A DNA stretch of 57,606 nucleotides, filler included, from Sphacelaria rigidula (lineage: Eukaryota): NCBI GenBank assembly GCA_964200075.2. It is 6 parts of 6 records of this genome, joined end to end, with 100 filler letters (N's around TTAATTAATTAA, not from the genome) between each part and the next. Parts side by side here need not be neighbours in the genome. Positions count along the whole stretch, not along the records: positions 19,238 to 28,755 come from CAXNAA020008311.1; positions 28,856 to 38,373 come from CAXNAA020008312.1; 4 more parts are not named here. One strand, written 5' to 3'. The notes under the pieces are model-generated. The model was not told the DNA's origin, did no database searches, and saw only the letters and a list, made by a program, of their open reading frames with translations. Both the position numbers and the translations under genes were made by a program. How positions within the stretch are numbered: the first letter of the stretch is position 1; every line of letters starts with the position of its first letter. Shown here piece after piece: positions 25,605 to 38,473 of the stretch.

Positions 25605-26806
25605 CTGTTTATAATGACGGGGTTTTCACCCGAAGGAGTAGAGTCAGGGGTGTGTGATTTTCAAAGACGCCTGAGTTTCAGACAAGGATGATCGTGCTTT
25701 TCCCTCGTTCCCTCGCGAGGGGGGGGGACTGGATGGGAGCGGGGGGACTGATACTTGAAAATATTGCCCACAACAATTTCCCTGCTTTCGACGTGTCTTG
25801 GAACACACTGTAAAGCGTTCGATTTCTTGTGATTTTTGGTTTTGAGGTGATGAGGCGAAGTGGGGGGGTGAGGGAGCATAATCACCAAAGCCATACGGTA
25901 CTGTTATGGGGGTGAATGAAGGCCTTACCGACCAAAAATCCGTGTCCCACGAAAAATAAAAGGAATGCGGAGGAATGTTGAAGACGTATTGAAGTCGTCA
26001 TGGAATGTTCGGACCTGTGCCGAACCTGTGCTGAACCTGTGCCGAGCATAAAACACGTTCCATCCCAAGTTACCTAGGTTTGGTATGCGACAGATGTAAA
26101 TTCTTCATAGCAATCATCTCGAGACAGGAAGCACAGCGGCCTCTGGAACTTCATAGCCCCCCGCACACACACACTAGACCTATTCAGCGCCGTAAGCGGA
26201 TTTGCTTAATTCACTACGTAACGGATCCGAAAAGCCCCAAAACGTTGCAGGAACCCCGTTTTCAGTACATTTCGTGTCCGATGCAGCAGTTTGCGACGTG
26301 CTGCGACCCCCGCGGCACGCTTCACGGGAACCTGTTTGCAAGACTGAATAGTTCTGGTGTGTGGGAAGCGCGTGCATCAAACCGCAGTCCAATCCTCTGC
26401 TTCGTTGCCGAGAAAATAGAGTTGAAATATGAGCACAGCAACGACACGAGCAGCATCTTTCATTCTCCTGTTGTTGTCACTCTGTGTACAGGTGTACAGC
26501 AACGTCAGTCACAGGTGTGTTGTAGAATGTGCTTTAGCAATAATACATTTCGTATGAGCGCCGTCGTCATTTCGAGTGACGCGTGTACGTGTGATTGATA
26601 CTGATTGGCTCATTTAGGTTTCATTTCTTCCCGATCAACTGACTGTGGAGATGGTCGGTCCATTTTCTAGGTATATAGTGCCCAAAATCTGGCCTCAATC
26701 ACCCCCATAACTGTGACTTTCATTGAATCTTCTCCCCGCCCCAAGAGGTCATCATTTGGTCCCCTGGTTTCTCATCGGCGCCGTCCTATCTAAATCATAC
26801 TCCCAC

Positions 26807-26838
<32 letters not shown>

Positions 26839-26996
26839 CCCGTGAAACCCCCACTTGGACGGTGTTCAACCCTCCGGCAATAATATCTACAGCTACAGCT
26901 TGAGGATGGTGTACAACTACTGTAGCCACCTCCCTGGTTGCCTACAAAATGATCATTGCCTGAAAAACTGATGCGGTGCCACTAGCACCCGCTCAC

Positions 26997-27059
26997 CTGC
27001 ATCGGAATCTCAATTCCCTTCCGCAACCACAACGCTTCCTCTTTCGATATTATCGTGCT
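26997..27059 (-). CDS. Probable upstream exon of the same gene (STIISKEEALWLRKGIEIPMQ)
   Basis: Strong cag|gtgagc donor, phase 0, 63 bp. The acceptor (gaag|) is weak, so the start is uncertain. Confidence 0.5.
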
Positions 27060-28755
27060 CTTCATCGGGGTCACAGGAATTACCAATTACAAGGACAAGG
27101 GATGCGCCGCCGAGGGGAGGAATCGCGGGGGAGGGGAGAGAGGGGGAAAGGCGGGGAGGGCGCGGAGGGCGGGTAACAAAACAGGAAAGGTGAAGGAAAA
27201 AAAAAAGTGGAGCCGCAAGCACCACGCAACAAACAAAAATACCTACGCGCACTGTCGTAATGTGGACATACACCAGCATCAGCGTTAATCATCATCGACT
27301 GTACATGCACATATATCATTGCCTACACTACCATCACACCGCCACTGCCACCACCGCCACACTATTTTTTTCTTCCCATGATATTCTCAAGCCTTCCCCT
27401 TTCTCGGGGCGAATCCGTAGTCTCAAGGTACCACATCCTGGATAATGACTTTATATGGTCGATAGATGCAAAAGACAAAAATGTACCGATAAAGGATAGA
27501 CCTACTGCAACTATTGATGGCCGACAATAGTAATAGGTCTATACTTTACTCAGTACACTTCTTCTCTATTGCATCTATTGACCATATGCTGTCCAGGGTG
27601 TGCAAGGTACTAACCAATCCCTCTCCCGGTACATGGTCGGGGCATTTTGATATCCGCCATTGAATAAGGCTTCTCCCGCACTGAGTCGGCTAACGTCGAA
27701 TATATACAAACGAAAACAATATACGTACAATTTTTTCTGCGGCTTCGCCGCCACGATCAGTGGATCGACAGCCAAGATACATGAGCACCGGTGATAGCTA
27801 TGTGTGTTGCGTAATGGCTAAGGTGATAGTATGGAGAAGAAGCCGTAGCAGCTATTGTAGTCAATCTGGATCATGGATACTTTCATTGAGTGAAATCGAT
27901 GCCGCTTCAATAGATGACCTACTTTTCTCGCCGTCAAAGGGTTGATGGAGAGCGGCGGGACAATTTTGTCGTGTCTTTTGATTGTCATATGAGCATGATG
28001 CCGGTTCGATCTTCATGTAAAATCGATGCCGATTCCACGAAAGACTTTTTTGTAGGGCTGTGAACTGGACCAGTTTGTACCGGCAGTTAAACTGGAACTG
28101 GAGTTTAGCTGGAACTGGTGATGAGGACTCCAGTTTATCCAGTTTATTTGAAGTTTGCCGTTACCGACCACGTTTATATCATTTTCAGTATGGTGAATTT
28201 ATAACAAAGATGCTTACATGATTACGAACAAAATGACAGTAGGATTGGGGTCTGTACCTGACAACAGTACAGGTACAGACAGTACAGTACAGTACAGTAC
28301 TCGTGGTCACTACACCTCGAAGTGATAATGCGGATATGTGCCAGGTTTGTCATTTCATCGCACGACATCTGGAATCAAAAATAGCAAACAAACGGTGATC
28401 CGCGACCATGAAATACAAAGTACACCATGGCTTGCAATTCAATTGCATGCATGCTTGTGGGTCCGGACGTGAATCATTTTGCGCTCTTATCCCCGCGTGC
28501 TGCCAGCCTCGGCTTGTTTGCATCCTCCTCTCCTCACCGAGAGTCTGCTGCTGCATATTACAGATGAATGGTTTTCGAATCGTTCACCGCTTTGAGTGGG
28601 ATTTGAATGTCATCCGAGAGTGCCCAAAAAACCAATCCGAGACCCTATGCCCCTTTATTGAATCCTGGAGTTTTTCGTGGGGAGGGGGGGAGGGGGGGGG
28701 GGGGGTTACAACCTCCCATACAGGAGTAAAAAAAAAAAGAAATAAAACATTAAAA

Positions 28756-28855
28756 NNNNNNNNNNNNNNNNNNNNNNNNNNNNNNNNNNNNNNNNNNNNT
28801 TAATTAATTAANNNNNNNNNNNNNNNNNNNNNNNNNNNNNNNNNNNNNNNNNNNN
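28756..28855. other. Artificial contig linker
   Basis: Same N44-TTAATTAATTAA-N44 structure. Confidence 0.99.
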
Positions 28856-29061
28856 TTCTTTATTTTCTGGTATCGCCACTTCCAGAGACAGCCACGTCTT
28901 ATACACTGCCTCATGGGTAAGGGGGGGGGGGGTTATTGTGCGACAAATGAAAAAATAAATTAATGTTCAAAAATATACATGTGTAACACCACAAAGTTAT
29001 AAACGCCATGCGTCATGCCCACCCCTGCCCCGCTTCTAAACTCTGATATCGTGCTTCTTAC

Positions 29062-29286
29062 AACTCAAAGGTGGAGGAGCATCCACGAAATCGGAGAGTA
29101 TTTTTGCCGTAGGTAGACGCAGAGGTAGGGCCTGAGAGTAGAAGAGCGCAGGAAGTAGTCGTCTCGCGGCGCGGGGACCTGGCGCTACGGGGGCGAGCTC
29201 GACGCCCGAGAGTCACGAACGACGTTCTTCGGGGGACGATCATCGGGGGAAGGCTTCGATTCCGGGTACAGCAGCTGGGATCCCTC
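29062..29286 (-). pseudogene. Isolated exon-like segment (EGSQLLYPES...PP*RQVPAPRDDYFLRSSTLRPYLCVYLRQKYSPISWMLLHL*V)
   Basis: ctacag| ... |gtaaga, 225 bp. The protein-like frame has two stops, while another frame is open. Confidence 0.4.
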
Positions 29287-29513
29287 CTGTAGCGCGCCAA
29301 ACGGCAGTGTAGCGTCGTGCAGTGTAGCACTGTGTAGCTTGTCATTATCGTGCACGAGAGGAAATAATAGGGATGTTTTGGAAGGATATATATGTACATA
29401 AATATGTGTGTGTTTCATCGACAAGCGTTGTTTTTTTTCAGAATATCAAGAGTTGAACTCTTCTCAGCGTAAGAAGAAGAGAGAGGAAAGGTTACACATT
29501 GCTACTGCCGCTG

Positions 29514-29514
29514 C

Positions 29515-29560
<46 letters not shown>

Positions 29561-29605
29561 GGTGCTGGTGTTGGTGTTGATGTTGTTGTTTTTGTTGCTG
29601 TTGTT
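29514..29605 (+). repeat. (GTT)n microsatellite
   Basis: Read directly. Confidence 0.95.
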
Positions 29606-29989
29606 TTTGTTTTTTCTCTTCACATTCATAACCGTTTCCACCGCTGCGCAGTACCCTCGGCATCTCATGAGGACGCCTTCCGTGGAAACACAGACTGACT
29701 GCCCAAGATAGCGTACAAGAAAATCAAGCTAATAAAACACGGGTAAGAGAAATCGACACAGATGCGATGCATAATTCCTTCCAAGATAAAAGCAGGGTAT
29801 CCCATATCTTTACCATGCTGGAAGATTTCACGTCGGAGTTTCACCGGCCGAGCACACGCCCGCCGTACGCAAACACTTGATAGACAGCCGTATGTACGAA
29901 TATACTAGACATAGAATAAAGGAAACTACATGACAGGACGCGACATTGTGCAATGTAAGAAAGGAACTAGCATTAAAAAAAAAGACATA

Positions 29990-32900
29990 CGGGGATGGCG
30001 AGTATTCCTGCCACCTCCACCATATTCAGTTCGGTAACATGTCTCGGTACACGATTTTCCATCTCCCTCCCGCCTTCCTCGATCGTAGTTGCATCCTTAG
30101 TTTGAACCTTGCTAGGATTATATCCCTCTCCTCCTCCGCTTAGTCGTCGCCTCTGTTGTGCTGAGTTCTTCGCTGTCCCCTTTACTCGAACATGTTCGGC
30201 TGGCCTCCTCTTCGTCTTTGCGCCATGAGGCCATAAATCTCTTCGCCCCTCGCAGCACCCCCGCTTGCCACGGCATCCCCTCCTCCTACTCCGCTCCTGG
30301 AGTCCCGACAACGCTGTCAACGCCCAACGTCCGTCGACTGGGGTCTGTAGAACCGGCTGTGGCTCTGAACGCTTGGAGATCATCCCTGAGGCACTTCAAC
30401 CAGCGCTGCTCCGAGCACCCTGGTCCTGAATCCTCTCCCTGAAAGAGTTCTTCCAATGCCATCCGCTTCGGGAGTCATCTGTCCGCTTGTCTATCCAAGG
30501 CTCCCGCGAATAGCAGTCGCCGTTTCTGGACGATGGCTTCATCGCTTTGACATCCTGTCTTGCGTAGGGTCATGTTGAGGGTCTGAGCGTATGAAAGCTG
30601 TCGGTAGGTGTCACGCACGCCGTGGTACCCGATTGCTCGCAGAACGAGCCAGTAGTGTGTCCTTCTCAGCAAGGTAGTGCTCACGACGTGGGGCCCACGT
30701 TATGCATTCATCTGCACTGTACAGCTTCCATCGCCTCTGCCTTCAGCAGCCAGGCCTTGAGTCTCCAAGGTGCTCTCGGTCGGGGAAAGACCTCACGGGA
30801 GTAAATCGTGATGCATGCCCACGCTGCTCTGTTCCCGTGGTTGATCTCTTGTGTAAGCTCGCCGTCTTCGTCGACGAGATCGCCCACGTATCGGAACTGA
30901 GCGGTCTGTGCGTACTTCTGGCCCGCTGCTTCGATGACCGGGGGTGAGGGAGGTGGCTTTCGTGACGACGATGGCTCCCCCTTCCTCGGTGGTTTCTCCG
31001 GTACTCGCATCACGAGAGTATCCGTCTTCTTCTCCCATATCGTCAATCCAAAGGCCCCATACACGGCCACGACAATGGTCATCATCCTCGCCACGCACTC
31101 GGTGGATCTCGAAACGACGCTGGCGTTGTCGGCATACAGCATTCTTGATACCACTCTGCTTTCCAGTGGTGCCCCCGTTCCTCTACCCGTCTCCTCTTCG
31201 AGGCATACCATGTTTTAGAGGATAACGCCGTCCTCGCTACATCGCACGAGGACGAGCTCGAGTGCCGCTGCGAAGAAAATGTTGATCAGCAGCGGACACA
31301 ACACACATCCTTGCGGCAGTCCCTGTGCGACTTCGAACCACTGCGCGATAATTCTCCTTCCGCACACCCGGGCCTGCATGCGTCGTGGAAGTGGTGGATA
31401 AGTACGATAATCTCATCCGCAACACCAGCTCGGGCCAGCACCTTCCACAGAAACTCTCGATCGATCGAGTCGTAGGCCTTCTTGAGGTCGACGAAGCACA
31501 TGTACGGCGGTATCCTCTCTCGCTACCTCAGCTCCTGGGGTCAGTGCACTACATAAAATATGTCCACCGTGGATCGATCAGGCCGGAAACCGGACTGCTC
31601 CTCCTGTAGATTTCCGTGGACCTCGCAACAGTCGCTGAGGAAGTCGGCCACGATCTTCAGGAGCACTTTGCCTGCGTGCGAGACCAGTGAGATTCCCCCG
31701 TACTTGTCGCAATTGGATTGCTTCCACTTATTTTAGAGCACTTTGAGGGTTGCGTCTTTCCGCACTCCTGCGGGACCTCCCCTCCTTGCCACAAGTCGGC
31801 TGAGTTGCCGCTGCTTCGACTTGGTCAGTACTGTGCGACTGTGCGCAAGGTGATTACCGAGGTCGACAGTGGCCACCACCATAATGTGGTCCGAGTCCGT
31901 CTCGGCCGAAAGTGCAGGTTGGGGGTACACAACTACTTTGCGTACTTTACCTCGGTATGCCTGCCGCATGAATATGTATGTATGTCTGTGCGCTTGAAGT
32001 CACTTGCGCGGTTCCCTGTGACGCCGTTGTATGTTTGCGAAACTCCGCCTTTGCGCGTGCTGAAGGTGTTCGTGATGGCGGGTTTGTTGTCTGCTGCAAA
32101 ATTCAGCAGTAGTTTGCCGGTATCGTTCAGCTCATCACGTCCACAGGCGCCTGGAATCCCTTTGTCTTGTAGACTCTATCCTATCCTCCTTCCCGTTCGC
32201 GCTTCGGCATCCATCAAGAAATACGCACACTCCCTTGACGGGATTTGCTGTACGAAACTGTCAAGCCCATTCCAGAACGCTTGTTTTGTTTTGCCTTGTG
32301 GGACTTCAGTTGGAACATACGCAGCTAGACTGTTGACCGCTCCGCCATGGCTCCATGACGCGAACCACATGGCCATGAGGCACCCATCGACGTACTCGGC
32401 GTTGTAGGTGGCGTTGTTCAAAATCCAATTTTTGACGACCAACCCCCCACCGTGTTGCCCACCTGACTCGTTCCCACAGCAGAAGACTCTGAGCCCTACT
32501 GTTGTGCAGCCCGCCGGTTCTGCTCTTGTTGTCTCCCGCAGCTCTACCACCGACACGTCTGATCTTATTGCCTCGTAGAAGACGCCGTCGCTTCGCCCCC
32601 GCCCGTCGGCTCCCTTACTACGGGAGTTAGAGGCTACCTTAACAAGCTGACTTCGCTGCCTCATCCGGGCTACGCGTGTTGCTTTTCTAGGAAGGCTACG
32701 CCTAGCTCGGCTCTTCTCCTATTCCCTGCTCTTTTTTCATTTGCTTTCCTCTTATCGCGTCGTTGACTCCCTGGTTGTGTCTGTTAGCCCGGTGCTTGTC
32801 CGTTTGCGCAGACAGGTGCAACCCCCCTACAGGCATCCTAGCTGTACCACTCTATTTCTTCCTCGCTTCTCTTGTGCGTACCCACGCGGCGTGCAGCTCC

Positions 32901-33100
32901 TTCATTTTTGTCCGCATTGTCCCGACTGCGGTCTCCGCTGCTGCTCAGCTCCGGAGTCAAAGCCGGGGCATTAAGGTCCAACCCCGTGCTGTTGCCAAAG
33001 TTTGTCCGACACTCGATAAACCGATCTCGCGATCACTACCTCCCATGTTCCAAACTCAGGACCCCCGTCAAAACGAGGCTCGGGCTCGTGTATCGTGTAT
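29990..33100 (-). mobile_element. Decayed non-LTR retrotransposon (RTE-like LINE; APE endonuclease and RT)
   Basis: APE motifs LRET, GGGLVV, AYVPT, MDAEARTG (32176-32664) and SDH (~31890). RT motifs FVDLKKAYDSIDREFLWKVL (31286-31501), LYADN (~31135) and FRYVG. The 3' domain reads KRRLLFAG. The EN-RT linker is deleted near 31795. Confidence 0.93.
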
Positions 33101-33314
33101 CGTGTATCATGTTTCGTGTTTCGTGTTTCGTGTCTGCGCCGTCGCTGGGGGGTCTCTGCATGGTCCAAGACCACAACATACGTATATGTAAAGGTAAAGT
33201 ATGCATGCTGTTGTAAGGATCGCACGATGATACAAGGCGGGAAATGAAGATCGCTACCCCATTACACATCACGTGTAAAACACGAGTTAGTGTTATTTGT
33301 TTTCAAACGGGAGA

Positions 33315-34750
33315 TACACAAAAATGGGTATAACATCATCGTTTTGGAACGAAAAAGGGTAAAACATTCTTCGGTTCGGGCTGCACGCGGGGTGAAAACC
33401 TCGAAAACACGTCCCAGCGCCTCAGCCCCACGCACGAGATGTCTTCGGCGGCATGCCCGACCATTTGAAAAAAATCACACGTGGTATTAGGACTAACGAC
33501 GACGTGGAAAAGGAGAGCCTGTTTGAGCACCTGTGTTTGCATACAAACAATGAGTGTACACAGCCTATCTGCAAAAAATTGATATCTTACTCTTTACTGT
33601 TCACGCGTGTACCCTTCGATGGTCAAGTGCTTACCCTTCTTTACCATTCTCTTTGTGAAGTACTGACCGTACCGCCGGCTCCGCAGAAGATACGCCAAAC
33701 AGTCACACTCATATCCATTTTTTTTATGTGAAATTACACTCCGCCAAAAAGACAGAAACCCAGTGACCAAGAAGAAGTTGTAGCCCCCTACTGGTTAGCC
33801 CGCAGGCCCGGAAGATTCGACGACGCATCCAGGGCGCGAACACTTGTGTGCCGGAGGTCACAAAGATCCAACGGCAAAATGCAGATCCCACAACGGCCTG
33901 ATGTTTCACATGATGACGCTACATACATGATGCTGCTCGGGCGTGTGTGTGTCAGCAAGATTTTCCCCACTGTTCGTTGGATCTTTGTAAGCTCCAGCAC
34001 ACAAGTGTTCGCGCCCTGGATGCGTCGTCGGATCTTCCGGGCCTACGAGCTAACCTGTAGGGGGCTACAATTTCTTCTTGGTCGCTGAGTTTCGGCTTTT
34101 TTGGCTGAGTGTAATTTCATAAAAAAAAATGGGCATGATTATGACTGTTCGGCGTATCTTCTGCGGAGCCGGCGGTACGGTCAGCTTCACAAAGAGTATG
34201 TACACTGGTCTACGATCGGCAGTTCCTCTTCTACCCACTTCCATTTGAACTTTACTGGATGTTTTTTATCTTCGTTACAGACGAGTACCGCGCATTTATT
34301 GACGTTCGCTGGCACTCTCCATTTCCTAGTGTATTCTAGCGCCTTGTCTATCTGTGTCTGTAGTCCTTCTGGTGTCCCTGAAATCCCCACAAAATCATCC
34401 GCGAACGAGAATGGTAAAAGAAGGGTAAGCACTTGACCATCCAAGAGGACACGCGTGAACAATAAAGAGTACGAGATAATTTTTCAGCAGACAGACGGTG
34501 TACCCTCATTGTTTGTATGCAAAAAAGGGTATTCTAACAGGCTCTCTTTTTCCACTTCGCAGATAGTCCTAATACCACGTCTGATTTGTTTTTTAAATGG
34601 TCGGGCATGCTACCCAGACATCTCGTGCGTGGGGCTGAGGCGCTGGAACGTGTTTTCGAGGTGTTCACCCCGTGTGCAGTGCCGCGCCCCAAACCGAAGA
34701 ATGCTTTACCCTCTTTCGTTCCAAAAGATGAGGTTATACCCTTTTATGTA
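33315..34750. repeat. Large foldback/inverted repeat (arms ~33315-33873 and ~33975-34750)
   Basis: The right arm is the reverse complement of the left along its length, apart from a 210-bp insertion. A third, forward copy lies at ~34780-35232 and continues at ~37214-37360. Confidence 0.9.
34197..34406 (-). mobile_element. Internal LINE RT fragment (FADD...TY) inserted into the foldback arm
   Basis: FADDFVGISGTPEGLQTQIDKALEYTRKWRVPANVNKCAVL...LPIVDQCTY, flanked by duplicated GAG. Confidence 0.9.
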
Positions 34751-35232
34751 CATTGCCATTTTCACACGGTCAATATACAAAAAAAGGTGTACCTGATGTT
34801 TTTGGAGCAAAAAAGGGTAATTCTTTTTTGGCTTGGGGAGCGGCGCTGCACGCAGGCTGAACACCTAAAAAACACGTTCCAGCCCCTCAGCCCCACGCAC
34901 ACGGTGTCTGGCAGCATGCCCAACCATTTTTTTCTGATTTTCACACGTGGTTACGCTTGACTACGGCGCGGAAAAAGACAGCCAGTGAGAGTACCCTTTT
35001 TTGTTCACAAACCATGACGATATAGACCCTGCTCTCTCCTGTAATAATGTATGCTGTCTTTCTTTGTTCACGTATGGGCCCTTCAATGCTCAAGTACATA
35101 CCCTTCTTTACCCTTTTTTGTGAAGTGGTAACCGTACCGCCGGCCCCGCAGAAGGTACGTCGAGCAGCCACAACCATATACCCATTTTGTTTGCGATTTT
35201 CACACCGTCAAAAAGGCCGAAACCCAAGGACC

Positions 35233-37047
35233 TGTGACGAAATTACGCGGTTACGTTGAGTTGGTGGTGATGATCTGGATAATGACCGGGGACACGGGGA
35301 TTCTGGGGGGATTCTGGATAATGACCGGGGACACGGGGATGATATCCTGACGGGCCTATGAGACTGTGCCTGCAAGGGCACTCCAGATAATGAAATGTTG
35401 TGAAGGCTGACAACTGAAACCGAGGGCAGTGCGACCAGTGCGACTGGGGAATTCCTTGAACAGCAGTGATCCAGCAGTTCTTCTTCTGGCTAGCGTTACA
35501 TTATCGATATTAGTGCTAGTACGTAACGGAACCTACTGGAACAATTTCGGCGGAAGAGTCTGGAAGCTGGGGAAAACCTGATTAATCACGGACGCTTAAA
35601 GGGGGTTCAAAGGCGGCTGGCCTGTGATTGATCCAGACTGGAAATTTGCTGATTCTGCGCGCAGCAGGAGTTTGGAGGCTCCTACGACTGTGTGGTGCGG
35701 CGACGCAGGAACAGGAAGTGTGCAATTCGCGACGGTTCGCTGGCCTGCGAAAGGTTCGGTCGGAGTTTCGTCAAATTCTTGGTCTGCTGGCTGGGAGTCG
35801 TACTCGCCGGCGGTGCCGTTTGGATCTGCCGGGGCGTCCTCGCCTGCGCAGCTTGCGCAGCTTGCGCAGCCGTGGCGTCAAGTGGGATTAGCGGCGCATC
35901 GGTCGGCGGATGAAGTGCCAGTGGAGTTTGCGGACAGATACGTTCCTGCGGAGTTGTGTCTTCCGAATCAACGGCAGCGTGGAGCCATTGCGATTCGGGC
36001 TGTGTTGGACTCTGGCACCCACTTTACGAGTCTGTTGGTGCAGATTGTAAAGAGGTTGTAGCGTCTTCTCCCGAGTGTGCCGCTGCGCATTCCGTTTTCG
36101 CTCGGGGCGCGGCAGATCGTCACCGCATCGGGTCAGCATGTTTCCATCACGGAGTGTACTGTTCCGCTGCAGCTGGCTTTCACGACTGCCTGGGGGCCGG
36201 CGCCATTGCCTCCGACCTCGTTTGCGATTATTCTGGGGTCGGATGGCGTCATTCTTCTGGGGTTGCCGACGCTTCAGGGTCTTGGAGTCGACCCGTATGC
36301 GCGGTTGTGGGACTCCATGAAGGCGCAGATTCTCCGCCTGGTTCACGCATGGAGACGCCCGCCTTTTGGGGCAGTCGTCGGGTGAGCTTGTCGGTGGATG
36401 CTTGTTTTCAGGAGGCTGGGGGGCAGGTGATCCCAGAGCGAGATGAGGCGATGGAACGCTTGGTGGAGCGCGACCCGGAGACGTTCATGGATCCGGCGAA
36501 AGACGAGTCCGCTCGGAAGGTCGCACTGGAGGAGAGCGTGACGGATGCTTTGGCGAAAGGCCTCAGCGTCTCAAAAGCGGAGCGTCTGCGCACCATCTTG
36601 CATCGCCACGCCAACGAGGTTCGTCGTGCGCTGCGGGGTGATCCCCCTGCGCGAGTGGAGCTCATGCGTGTTCAGCTTAAACCTGGGGTGTCCGCGTGAA
36701 GACGAAGCCGCGGCGGTACGATCCGGTGAAGTCGAGTCGGTTGGCATCGTGCATGGTGGCTCTTTTGGCGCTCGGGTTGGTGTTCCAGAATTTGCAATCG
36801 ATATGGTGCATTCCGGCTATGGCGGTTCCAAAGAAGGACTCGTTCCACCTGGTAAGCGACTACAAGGCCGTGAATGAGCAGGTTGAGAAGTCGCCGGGTG
36901 TGATGTCCAACCAAGAGTCGGACATGCTGGATCTGTTGAGTGCTCGTGTTTTTGGCAAGTTGGATCTCCTCCAAGGTTACTGGCCAGTGCCATTGGCGGA
37001 GGAGGCGCAAGAGATTTTCACCATCACGACGCCGTTTGGCTTGCTTA
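35233..37047 (+). mobile_element. pol: Truncated Ty3/gypsy element (LTR-like start, protease, RT N-terminus)
   Basis: It begins TGTGACG at the break in the foldback-family copy. Motifs: AIRAVLDSGT (protease), ILLGLPTL, and AVPKKDSFHLVSDYKAVN..FGKLDLLQGYWPVPL..FTITTPFGL (RT), truncated there. Confidence 0.88.
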
Positions 37048-37639
37048 TCTGTTCGACCCCTCTTTCTTTTTTTCTGTTCCTTCTTTTTTTTTAGAGCGTG
37101 TTTCATTTTCGTTTTTCTTGGGTACGTCTATCATGAGACTATGGCTGGACCCCTGGGGGGTCAGTTAAAGTGCGACAATCAATTAAATCAATCACCCCGA
37201 AGCGAGTGTCGCAAGGCGTGCTGAATGTAGCCCCCTGCTGGTTGGTCCGCAAACCCTGAAGATCCGACGATGCAGACAGGGCGCGAACGCTTACGTGCCG
37301 GAGCTTACAAAGATCCAACGAACATGCGGGGAAAATCTTACCGACAGACACACATGCCAGAATGACATTTTCGAACACACGACCGACCCAATAGGCATAA
37401 GGCCGCGCGTTCAGCAGGAAAATAAAATATAAAAAATATATATCTACATCGAACCCGTCACACAATCTTTTCGAAACACATGACTAAACGCGTGCATGAG
37501 GGGCGATATCATCCCCCCGCCACTCACCCCCTTGTTGTAGATTAATCATTTACGTTTTTTTCGAGTCGTTGTCCGGAGATCAGATATTGACCCCACGGCA
37601 GACAACAGTATATATACTTCAAACGCTTCCACGTTGTAC

Positions 37640-37712
37640 TTAGGGGTCAGGGCTAGGTTTAGCTAGGACTAGGGTTAGGGTTGGGGCTAGGGCTACCGTA
37701 GGACTAAGGTTA
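37640..37712 (+). repeat. Degenerate TTAGGG-like tract
   Basis: tagggg tcaggg ctagg..ctagggttagggttggggctagggct. Confidence 0.7.
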
Positions 37713-38373
37713 GATCAAGGCCAGCAATAAGCGCATATTCAGTAGCAGTGCACGTGAGAGTTTCGAGGAGGCTAAAGCGACGGCAAAAATGATTCAGAGG
37801 CGAACGTCACCAATGTACCTATTTTCTCATCATGGATTGCTCGGCTTCGCATCGCGCCTCCAATTTTCCTGTCCTTTCTTGCATTTGAATGGAATGGAAA
37901 AGGGGTAGAACAGACAGACGCCCTCACAGTAATGTTCCTTTTCGATAATAGGGAAGCTTTCATCACGGTGAGGTGTACGTTCTATTTGTTGAAGTCATGT
38001 TCCGCAGTTTCAATTATCTCGAGCTCAGACAGGAGGTCATCGCGGGAATAGGGCTGGGCACTGTTAGCTTCAACAGCTCGCTTTACGGGCGATGCCGTAC
38101 ATGAAAGAAAGCTGCATGACGCATGACATTCGTCACAGCACACGTTACAAGCGTTTTTCGCTAAATGGGTTCATGTATCAACAAGAACAGGGCGAGTTAG
38201 TGCAGATTTCTCTAGAAACCGGTCCCACTCTGTGCGCATCGGCCTTGAAACACACAACATCCTTGTCTGTTGTACAAGAAATATGCTGTTTGCTGCTATG
38301 GGTTCGACACTACGTACCAACCGCGACGTTACGCCTTCGGTGGTACTACCTGCTCACTGCACAGCGGCAGGGT

Positions 38374-38473
38374 NNNNNNNNNNNNNNNNNNNNNNNNNNN
38401 NNNNNNNNNNNNNNNNNTTAATTAATTAANNNNNNNNNNNNNNNNNNNNNNNNNNNNNNNNNNNNNNNNNNNN
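38374..38473. other. Artificial contig linker
   Basis: Same N44-TTAATTAATTAA-N44 structure. Confidence 0.99.

Noticed and set aside
29062..29286. Joining this phase-0 exon to the contig-3 gene (27059-21804)
   Set aside because: It lies on a different contig across an artificial linker, and the protein-like frame has two stops.
29408..29711. Poly-Val/poly-Leu membrane protein ORFs
   Set aside because: These are translations of a (GTT)n microsatellite. A short plus-strand exon at 29652-29711 is possible but unsupported.
32960..33100. HDV-like ribozyme at the LINE 5' end
   Set aside because: I could not build the nested double pseudoknot by eye. It would need a covariance or descriptor search.
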